DNA of 64,000 nucleotides from Phoronis australis. Its lineage: Eukaryota; Animalia; Phoronida. The translations under genes and the position numbers were made by a program. The stretch covers positions 103,546-167,545 of the forward strand of contig NMRA01000319.1 of NCBI GenBank assembly GCA_002633005.1, read 5' to 3'. Of this stretch, positions 25,301 through 36,600 are shown in pieces. The notes beneath the pieces are model-generated. The model did not search any database. It was not told where the DNA came from and saw nothing but the letters and a program-made list of their open reading frames with translations. The stretch's first letter is position 1, and each line of letters opens with the position of its first letter.

Positions 25301-28300
25301 GCTTGTTAGCTCACATGAGTTCCAAATAAGGGAGTTGGGAACTTTACTGTATTTCTGGCTTGCATAAAGCCGACTTCATGCGGACAGGAGGTAAAATTTG
25401 CATCGTGATTCTATGTTCACTGGAAAGAATCGTCCTCCCAATTTGTCAAAACTTAGTAAAACATGAAAAATCAAAATGCCTCACACACGTGCCGTACTTC
25501 ACGTGTCGCGATTTTAAAGAAATTCTAATAGAACCACAATGGAGTCGAGTGAAATATCGTTATCATTATTGCTTACCTCGTACATCTTTTGCGATGCAGC
25601 AGACTCAATGTTTTTCCGAGCATGTGAGTATTAAATCAAAGTAGACAATCAGAACTAAACCTGTCTTGTTCGAATTTCCCAGTAATAGAGAACTAATTGC
25701 TAGCTTGTCGAACGTAACCTGTCTACTTGTCAACAAATGGACGGCTAATGCCTCCCATAGTTATCAAAACGTCAGTATAAGCTCAATCGGCGGACTATTG
25801 AAGCGACGCCTATTGGTTATTCATAATACAGTAGTAATTTGGATTTTTCATCTGTATAACCAGTACGTTTCAAATTAATCAGGAATACAGAGAAATGATT
25901 TACAACATATCTAAAATGATAAAAAATGACTTCAACGAATTAAAAGCTTTGTGCCTGTTTTGGAATATCCGTCGCCAAAAAGTTAAGTCGCGAAGTTGCC
26001 TCTCGAGATCCCTCAGACTTGACCTTCTAAATTACTTTTTGTGAAGGAAATTACTGTAAGTGAGAATTGAAAATTAATTTTTTAAAATAAACCGAAAAGT
26101 ATCCGCCAAATGTTTCATGGAAATTCAGGAAGCTTATGTCCACAGGATGGACGGCTCAATTAAATACATGATTCAGAATGTTTTTCAACATTTACAATAT
26201 ACTTGTTGACTACATAGTGACCACCAACATATGCGTTGTACGTGAAGGCATTAATCCAATGACGAACCCGGAAAATTCATTAAAAAGCAACTATTATGAA
26301 TGGACACATTTTTGACTTCTTCCTCGATTTCAAGCATTTAGTAGATAAGAAAACACACACACGCGCGCATACACATCAGCTTACTAAGACCTTCACTTGA
26401 TTGTCTTCGCTGATTTTGCCGGTCAACTGCCCGGGTGAGACATCTGTTTGGTCTATAAGTCCGAAGTAGTCATCAAGAACCAATCAGATGTGTTAGCCGA
26501 TCGACCAGGTGAAATCAAATGCAGCCAATAACTACCGAGTTCATTTTCTGGGAATCATTCCATCCGATGATTTAAGATCATCGCGGTGCAAAATCTTGAA
26601 ACACAACCCCTCTAGGCAAAGAGTTAGGACTAGTGTTGTGGAGTACGGTATCCTTTGTAATAGAAGACTTTTAATCGTTCACGCAATAAAATTATTGTTA
26701 TTAATCAGACCGGGTATTGTAAGGATTCATATGGGGACAACAGAAATTTTCTGCGGGTTATCACGAGTCATGCATATAGGCACCGAAGTCCCACCTCAGG
26801 TACAACTGTAATTCGACTGTGGCACAACTGAGCTATCACTTGACATACAGTACAGTGTCACCGTTCTTCAAACATGCAAGGGGACGGGCCGATTCAAACG
26901 TAGTGTTAAGGAGCCCATACACATTTAGTACATCGTAAGAGAGCGCATAGACCAACTGCGTCTCAACAAGCAAAGTGTTCTGGGGACCTGTCAATGGACA
27001 ACAACTACACAAAAACGGTGCAACGTTGTCAATTAGCTAGGCTCATTCAAATCGCTCCTTTTAAAGTCTTAAAAGACTTAACGTCACCTAAACAAATTCT
27101 TCTTTAACACACCCAACGTTGCCTGTAGATACCACAGAAGACTCCAGTTGCCTTAAAAACAGAAACCGAATAATAAACATCGAGAAGTATCAAGTCGTTG
27201 TTGTCCGATCTAGTCGCGATGGCGGAGAGGTTTTGGAACGGGGAAGACGTACGTGCCAGATTATCTTCTCAGCAAGTGACAACGCAAATACGATTAAAGT
27301 CGATGTGAGAAATTTCAGGTCTTCCGACAAAGGAGTATTCCTACATCTCATTGGCGTGGACAGAGACACTACCGGATGGTGGAGACACGACACGGTATAT
27401 GTGATAAAAACTCTGTTGGACAAGCATATTTCATTTTCGTTAGCATTAAAAGTACAGTATGTTACATGCAGCCTTAGTAAACGAATGATTTGGTGGGTTC
27501 TCACAGAGTAAGTGTACGGTGCACGAGACCGTGGCGACAAAATTTGCCGTTTTTCATCCGATATGGCCTGTACAGTCACGAAGTATCCAATTATTCAATG
27601 CCGCGAAAACTTCCAATCAGATAAAAGCGCTGCATCTAAGCTCTTTGAAAGTCTCCTTGACCAGCACAAGTTTCTAAAAATATTCGCAGTTTTTACATTT
27701 GACGCGCTGTATATGACAGTTCATTGCCACATTTGTTAGACGTACGTGCTGACGGCCGGCTCTCATCCACCGGCGCCGTATTACGTTGAATCACGTAGAC
27801 TGGAGATTCTACTTAACGTAACAGAGAAGGACTCCGACGAAAATGGAACCAGTTCTTACGAGTTCAACATATTGCTTAGTAAGTAAACAGTGACGAACTA
27901 CTCTGTACTGTAATTGTGTTACGTATAGGTTAAACAAATTGTCTTCACCCAGATGGTGATCTCGATAAGTGTCCATTTCCTTACGAGAAAGAACTGTTCT
28001 ATCTTAAGCACATCAAAGCATATCTTCAGCGCCTTTTCTCTAAGCCACATTCTGTTAGACGTGACAGTCTACATGTATCTGCTAAGGGCCTCAATTGAGA
28101 GTTCCTTCGTTTTGAGACACCAATAACATTGACTTCGCTTATCTTATTGCCATCATGACGCAAATGCTGCACAAACTGAAATATGGTGTAAGGTCTGGCT
28201 GCCGCCAACTGGAGGGGTATTGTCAGTTATCATCGTTAAGTTAAAATGGAATGTCATGTTTTAAAGAGAGCCAAAGCCACGCTTTTTGATGGAGGTTCGG

Positions 28301-31300
28301 TGATTGTCAACCTGCATTACAATCTTTGTCTTGCGAGACAAGAATGCCGAATGTAATATGTTTATTGTCGACGTTTACACTGTTTCTCGGACATACGCGG
28401 TGTTGTGTCGAAATTTTCCGGAACGTCGAGAGCTAACTTCTAAGACGATTTCTGCTCTGTTATCTCCATTAGAGTTGATACATGTACTAACTCAATAACA
28501 ATACTCGCGTAAAGCGGTTCAAAATGTGATCTACATGCAAAAGGTGACTTAAGGAATTGTACCCAGTTTTCGTTCATATAGTACGTGTACATGTTTACTC
28601 CTTAAAGTCCTTCTCTCACGCGTTGTTAACCCTTATTACATGGCTAGAGGATGTTATAAGGATCCAAGAAGTACCTACCTTATAACTAATACACGATCCG
28701 TACTCGAAAAAAGTTTAAATGAACGCAACACTCACGATTCGCACCCGAAGAACTGCCGCCATTTTGAACTTGCCGCGAACCCGGAAGTACAATTCATTCA
28801 GGAACCCAGGCCGAGAAAACGCCGTCAGTGCGACTGGAGCAGTGCCTGTACTGTTACCAGCCAGCAAACGGGGATAAAATAATCGACAGCGCGCCTTAAT
28901 TTTAATAAAATCAAACTACGGACAATTGTATCGAATTTGCTGAAGAAATGTGTCGAATAAAAATTTGACAGAAATTATTTTGCCAGACTCGGGACCGCAG
29001 CCTATCGGACCAGGTGCGGATCGAGACCAAACACAGGCGAACGGTAAATGCATGCGGTTGCTAGCTGTTTTGTCGAAGTAAAATGGTCAAGTCATAAATG
29101 CTGCATATATTCAAGGCTAGTTTCAGACACTTGCATGAAATTACGGGCTGGTTAGTCCTGTGTCACACTGCCGCGGCAGACCTTAGTTAGCCTCAGTCAC
29201 CAGCTACCAGTGAAGACTATCGTCAAAATACAGCTTGTTAGTAGGCCTACACAGCTTTGCGACTAGGCTACCCTTAGGCCTAACTGGTCGTTGGCCACAG
29301 CGCTCGCTCAAACGAGGTTTATTTAGAACTTGGGTACTTCTGAAGAACTGTGCAAAGTTGTTGGCTTTCAATATAGATTTTCCCAGACTTTGTATGAGCG
29401 CACCAAGCCTAAAAGAATGGGGGGCTGGAATTTTTGGGAATGTCTATCTTTTACTATAAGATTCAGTGGGTATGTTCAGAGCTATGAATTGCAGACTCTA
29501 AATTTTGGTACTCCCTGTCTTCTAGTGGAATATTGTCTCATTTTCTACTTTTATTCGGAAATCGTGCTTCTGTGACTGAGGCAGACCTTTTTCCAGTTCT
29601 CCAAAAAGAGGGCTCGTTCGAGCACATACATGTAAGTATGACAAGTCCAATACAACATGTTATCATTTTTTATTCATTAACCCAAAATGATTCAAACTTT
29701 TAACATAATAAGTAACTTAAAATGCACAATACTTTACAACATTTAGCATTACAAACACTATTCAACAGCAACAGTTTCCATGATATGAAAGTGGACATAC
29801 ATGTAACTATTACCATGGTGACGGAATAGTGTTTCCTTACACCAGAATTTGACAAGCATCATTTAAAAAAATATGAAGTAGCAAGGAACAAGAATTAGAG
29901 GCTCGAAGCTTCACAATCCAACATAGCTTATTTCCCAAATTAAGATTTTTCATATTGTTGACTTTATAACCTGAATTTAGAAGCAATTAGTTACAAAAAA
30001 TGACTTGAAAGCAATAGAAACTTAAAATTTAGAAAAATATGAATCATTTTGTGACACCGAATCAAGTCTTGAACAGCAGTTGACAGTCAAACAAAAAAAC
30101 ATTTCAAAATTATTTCAACTATTTTTTTAGCTTCGTGCAAGATCACCTGAATGGGAAATTTACAGTAAAATAATTCGAATACATCTTATATTTTTGCACA
30201 AAAAACACGAAAATTGAACAAAGTTTTTTTTGTAGCAACATTTGTCAAAATGTATCAACGTTAACTCTTCACAAATTACAAATTCGCCGATTGAACATGC
30301 CTTTCAGTTCAGCAAAAGTCGCCATATTGTCGGTGCCGCCAGAAATGAGACGAAGTCCAACGGGAATTGTTAGCACATTTATCACTTAATGAGTAACAAC
30401 TGCGAGGCTAAAATTTGGTGAACACTGTTAAATCATGCACCGTAATTTGTTGACGAAAACAATTTACACAAAGTTTTAAACTCATAACTTATCCCACTGT
30501 CCTCCAATATGGCCGACGCTATCCAAACAAAGTGACCCAAATATCTCCACAAAACTTGCAATAACTTTACTCTGCTTGCCCCGATTTTGATAATTTTTTG
30601 ATTTTTACTGAGTAGAATGCACTACCTTTCCGATGATAGCAAAGTACTTTTAAAAACGAGCAATAAATAAAACCGAAAAAATAGGTTCGACCCGTATTGG
30701 TTCCTAGGTTCGACCGGCCTACGTAAGGAACTCAACACCAATGCTATTTTAGCATACTAAGTACGCGTAACATTCCAAAAAACATCAACGACCACTAACT
30801 ACAAACTATAAATACACTACATATGCAAAAGAATCACGAGATATTACTAACAAAACAAAATAATAAAGACTTTTCGAGCAAGCGATAGCACTTTCAGTTA
30901 CAAGGAAAAAATGGCGGCTTTCAGGACAAGTTCCTGAACTGATGAGCCGGAAATGTGAGTACGGAAATAACCGATGACAACCGGTAACCATACGCTCAGA
31001 GAGAAGGGTCAAATACTGTTCAAAAATCGCTTTTGGCAAGAAAGGCGAAAAGAATATAAAGAAAGGGTGTCGAAAATAAGATTATATGTAGTAAGTACTT
31101 TCGGATACTGGAACCACATGGGCAGTTTGAGAGAAAGACTTTAAAGAGGATGGAACGCAAAAATACGTAAATATACCTTTTATACATACCGTGGTGAATC
31201 TACGTCATTGATATACTAACGTAAGAGTTATTCACTTTGAATAAACAAAGAAATTCTTAATAAATCGTCAGATTGACTATTTTTGAAACACAGACAACAT

Positions 31301-32403
31301 TCCGAGAACTGACAACTACACTAGCCAACCTATTGACCAACATGTATTGCTTTCACAGCTTATATTTTCCATCACAGCATATGCCGGCAGCTGGAGTATC
31401 TTTGGAAACCACAAACCCACGTGGGCGGCGCTGCTCTCAGTCATTCCACTCATAGGCGTCTGCTGCCTCTTTTTCTTCTTTGCCAAAAGAAGGCGGCGAA
31501 CCGATGCTTTTTTGTCGTGGTACCAACGTGGTCGACTTTCTAGTAAGAGGCATTGTTTTTAGTTTGTTTTTGCGTATTTCCAGTAACAATTTGTTGTGTC
31601 TGCTTAAAGACGAATTACAATGGAATCAGATCCACTGTCGTTCGTACCGTGATCGTGTTGAGAAGAGAGCAGACTGGAGCTTGAATGAGAAACATGACAG
31701 CTACAATAAAGATTTGGCACGTGGGGTCTGTTACTACAATCTGAGGAGGAGGAAACTTGCTCCGGTAAAAGAACCAGTTCGTTCCAGGAAGTAGTTCGAC
31801 TGTGAAACAGAAGTGCTATTCAACACATCAGTATCATCACCACACGGACTAACGTCACCAGCCCTCGTTACTTCGCCGAATTCATCCACTCAAATAAACA
31901 TAGATTTCTAACATCCTAAACACTGAATTGTTGTCGGTCACACAGCTCACTAACGAAGGCATACCATTTTTTCAGTTGGGCGCCTGAACCATGCCGTTGG
32001 TGAGATGTTTGCACGAACGTCTTCTCAACCCAGTCTAACTACACCTCTGCGCAGCCAGCCGGGCACGTGCGCAGAACCCTGTGTCCGGTATACGCCACGC
32101 CAGGGGTCACCTGTGGCTACCGTGCTAAATGACCTTCCACCAGCATACTCTGATTTGTTTTTGCCTGGGGAAACAGAAAGTGACGACACGCAGCGAAACG
32201 ACACAGCACACAGAAACGACGATTCGCAGCACAACGCGATTTCTCGAGTTCTCGGTAACGAGGTGGGACACACTTCTGGCCATCAATTGGTTCGAACGTT
32301 TAGTGACCTTCACAGAACTGTTATGCCTGCAGAAAGAGACAGTAGTCAGCTTCCATCGGCAGAACCGCCTCCTTATTCAGAAGTGACAAAACCAGAGACA
32401 TGA
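22359..32403 (+). CDS. Type I single-pass membrane protein with two CUB-like extracellular repeats and cytoplasmic PPxY motifs (5' signal-peptide exon not located; ~505 aa modelled)
   Basis: Phase-compatible GT-AG exons: 22359-22735, 23830-23971, 27129-27394, 27740-27878, 31378-31542, 31976-32403. Exon pairs 1+2 and 3+4 are paralogous: IVLIRSHRDG/VVVVRSSRDG, KIRVLVQKF/TIKVDVRNF, LTKGSIAPPEY/LTAGSHPPAPY, GSYEFEITL/SSYEFNILL. TM helix is WAALLSVIPLIGVCCLFFFFA followed by KRRRR; the tail has LPPAYSDL and EPPPYSEV. The CUB label is a pattern-level inference. Confidence 0.78.
25149..25235. mobile_element. Short hairpin/MITE-like repeat, copy 1
   Basis: Inverted arms ggctaagacatctgattggtt ... aaccaatcagatggcttagcc. 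A related copy lies at 26410..26530 in the opposite orientation. Confidence 0.7.
26410..26530. mobile_element. Short hairpin/MITE-like repeat, copy 2
   Basis: gagacatctgtttggtc ... aaccaatcagatgtgttagccg; the spacer resembles the reverse complement of the copy 1 spacer. Confidence 0.65.
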
Positions 32404-32605
32404 AAACTTTCTGTGAAGTTTTCCGGTTTCTTAAATTATATGGTTGAGTATCGATGTATGATTTTTCTCTCAGTCAGCGTACGCAAAAGATATTATTATT
32501 TTCTCATTTGAAATGAGCTTTTCCCAAGTACATGAGCTTCAAAGAAAAGACTTTTAAAAATTGCATACTTTATAAGGTATTGCCCAGACAATACCACACT
32601 CGCAA

Positions 32606-32612
32606 ATACACA

Positions 32613-32662
<50 letters not shown>
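32606..32662. repeat. (CA)n/(TA)n microsatellite
   Basis: Visible run of cacacaca followed by tatata. Confidence 0.95.
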
Positions 32663-33695
32663 CATGTATATATAATGGATATACCAATTATGCATACCCC
32701 AGTGTGGGATTGTCTGGGAATACCTTATTAAGTATTCAATTGAAGTCTTTTTTCGAAAAAAGCTCATTTCAAATGAGAAGGTGTTTATTTTACAATTCAT
32801 CCTTTAAGGTGGGCGTGCTTAAGATATTTTGTCACGTGGAAAAACATCCGTGGAACACACGAATACACAACCAGTTCAGAGGCACACAGCGAAATGTATC
32901 ATAAAAAACGTGAACAAAAGCTGTAACATCTTGTATTATGTCGTAATGTATTGAACAACGTATTTAATATACATAACAAAACTAAAACACTACGGCTATG
33001 TAGGACCCTACCAATTTCGCATCATATCTCGGAAAAAGCTTATAGGACTTGTATAAACCTTTCATATAATATCTTATGTGTACTGCTCCCTAACACACTT
33101 TCAGGGATTGTTTTGAACTCGATTAACTTTTTCGTGAGGGGCTACTCAAAATAGGACATTTTCTGACATTTCATGAAAAAATTAAAAGTTCATGAAACGG
33201 AAGAGAAATGATAACTTAGTTACAGGGCAAGTGCAACTACATTTGTATCAAATGGAATTGGTCGTGTTGTCGATAACATTGTTTTACTACGATTGTACAT
33301 TTCTTTCTTTTTTGTCCAGCAATTTACTAAAACGGACATAGTCACGAGAGACAATTAATGACACTGAGATCATATAAGTTAGAAATGAAGTCTACAGGTT
33401 TTCTACAATGCGAAAACATATTTTAACACAGTTAAGTTTCTACTGTCACAGTTTTGCAAACATTTGACTAAACGCAGAGACTTGACGGTAAGGTTCCTCA
33501 CAAGCTTACGCCAAGAAATTCAACATCGTTTGGCTAATTCCGACATTGCAGGTCATGGGTGGCGTATCGGTAAAACTGATGACGTCACACCACATTCCAA
33601 TTTGCATAGTAGCCTTGTTGCATTATGTAGCTAGTATTTTGGCACAGAGAATCTCACATAATTTGCAAGCAATAACTATGATGCCCTTATCAATA

Positions 33696-36600
33696 TCATG
33701 ACAGTTCCTTTGTCTTTCTTGGAGACTGTCTTGAAGAGAGGTGATGAGAATCCATTTTCATCGCATGTTTGAAGTTATATCGACCACACGAACTTATGCT
33801 CCTCCGCAGCACTGGAGTTACGTAAGAAACATCCCGCTGACCTTCATAAGGGGGGGTGTTTCTGCCCGTCCCTTTTCCAGAGCGCCCATTGACATCTTCA
33901 TTTACAATGCAATCGATTAAACGGTCTCTCTTTGAAACCGGTGTTCCCATGCCACCATTTATGAAATAATATCTGTTTTTGTCTCCCAGTGAAGGATTTT
34001 TAGTCGAATCGTTTTCTCTAAATTCGCCAGTGTCACTCTCTGCAGTATCTTCGTAGCCGGACTGGCAACCGGAAGCACGTGTTGCAGCTCGCCATGACCA
34101 GTCCATCCGGGCTTCTTGCATGCATTTTACGGTCCACGTGGTTCTTGGGTCGTAAACCACTCCCGGGGCCGTCTTGGGTCGAGAGGTTGGCATAAAATGT
34201 GATTCCACTCCGTGACACACAGCATCTAAAGCATTGTAGTTATAGAGTTACTGGGCGTGCCATAGACAACTAACCACACAGTGCAATGAAACAAGCTCGA
34301 TTTATTAGACATTAATCCATGTTCTCGGGTTCATTTTTGTAGACTCAATACTTAAATACGCGATCAACAGTGGAATTAAGACTCCTTAATGATTAGGGTA
34401 CTGATCATCATACTAACGACAACGATTGAAAACATCATACCCCCAGATGCCTTTATATCAGTCAACAACCATTGATAAAGCGTCTTAAGGAGATTCGACA
34501 CGCTTTTAATTCATAAGTTTTCGTATGTTAGATATTGGACTTTGCTTACTACAAATCTGCAAAAATGTGGAAGTCGTCACCTAATGACTAGTCCGCTACA
34601 GCCGGCTAAACAACGGGCACCTTTCGCAAAAGTGTGAAATTTGCATTGGTCGCCGTTACTTTGGCAATTAAGTTTGTGACAGGTTTCTTTAAAAATGGAT
34701 TAATTTTGTTAGTTTTGTGTTTCGCAGCTTTAGTTATATTTTTCGGTTTACCGATTTCCTTACAGCGTCGTAAGTATTTATTTTTATTTATTATTGTGAT
34801 ATTTAAAATGAGGGGGCCTCTTCAGTGATAGCACTGCTTTCCAAGTAACGCTTTTTTCTCTACTCCGAGAATCTTACTTTTAGCGTTTTGTCTTATTCAC
34901 AAAAATTTTCTACGTTAATTTTCCTTCTGCGTTGCGTTTTGAAACCATCATATTTTCCATTAAATAAGTAAATAAATAGGAACGGGGGTAACCAACATGG
35001 TTTCGTGGTATTCAGTCTCAAAGAGCGCCACATAAGTGTTCCCAATTTAACTCTAACTTTCCAAAGCGCGTCAATTTCAACTAGATTACGGCTGCAAACC
35101 CGTGTTGTGCCAGATGGCCATTATGCTATGCTGTTGGAATTGTGAGGAAAGTTTATTTGACGGGAATAATCCATGACGCCTACTTGGGTTTGCCTGGGCT
35201 CTCAACTATTTTAGTCCTAACTTATACTAAAATAACAATGCTGTCATTCTATCACAAGTCACCACGTGCTTATTGAACAATGGTGCTGACGTCATACGAA
35301 CAATCAAACCTGAGACTTTAAAGATGCATAGTCTCATTTAATTGTGAACATGCAAATGAAGTGCTAAGTTAAAAACAACCCCGGGTCCTCCAGTGTGCTG
35401 GAAACCATCTGAAAACCACTTATCGTTACAATCTCGCGAAAGTCTTGTTTTGCAGATTATTTTTATGTTAATGAGTATGGTAATATTTCATCATGGCAGA
35501 CGAAGACCAAATGCGCCAATAGAACAAAGAAGGCATATAATTTAGTTTATTTGGAATCTCACGTCTTCTTGTGTATAACTGACGTTATATTTGCACACAC
35601 TCCTTGTCGCCATGGGAACCCTTGGAAACCCCCACAGCATTGTCCTTTCCCTTGGAAACAAGCCAAAGTTTTAATGATTTGTTTATTTCACTAAAAAATA
35701 ACGATATTTGGAATTACTTGGGTTTTATATATGGTAACACGTGTTGTGGTATTTCCATTATAACCGCATATTTACAGTTTGTTTCTATTCCTGATTATGC
35801 TTGTACACACAGTTCTCGAGGAAGTCACTAGGTGGCTCTTGCAACAAATTCAAACATTCAGTTTTAATGAAACATGTCATGAAAGGCAGCACTGTTCTTA
35901 AGTATGACGTGATGAAATGTGATGTCGCGCGCAATTATTTACAACCGCAACATGAGCTCAATTTTCAACATTCTTAAAGAAAATAACGTGTTAACTGAAA
36001 TGAAACGGAAATAAAAATGATATAAAATGATATTCAAATGCTTTTAAATTAGTCAGTGGAGTAAAACAACGACAGCTTTACCGCAAGCTGTGTCGAACTC
36101 CCTTAAGTCGATCACGTTTTAACTACTCACATGGGCAAATGTTTAAGTGTTAAACCAATAGCTTTGAAAATGGTTAACCGGGTTAATAGGTCAATAACTA
36201 TCTGGTGCATTCTCTCATAGTGCCTTGTGTTAAAAGTTGTAGATATTCTAGCTATACTTTTTACCATATCGATTACAACACGTCATAAAATGCTGAAAAT
36301 AAAAAAATTGCTTATAGTATTTTTGTGTAAAACAAACATCACGAGTTAGTGGATTTGGCCTTGACGCAAAAGTGAACTTTCGCATTGTCTTGGGTGTGAT
36401 ATACTGATCTCAACCATAAACCAGCGGTCACATCCTTGTAACTGCAATTTGTTTGAACATGCAGAACATCCAAAAATATATATAGAATGGTCAAAAGCAT
36501 GGTAATCTGTCCAATATTTAGCTTTGCAACAAAAAGGCCCATAACTTAGCGTAATGATACGAGTACTACAAATTCTGCAGGTTTAGATGATGCAGGACTC

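Noticed and set aside
32496-32800. ORFs with VCVCVC repeats
   Set aside because: Translation artefacts of the (CA)n microsatellite.
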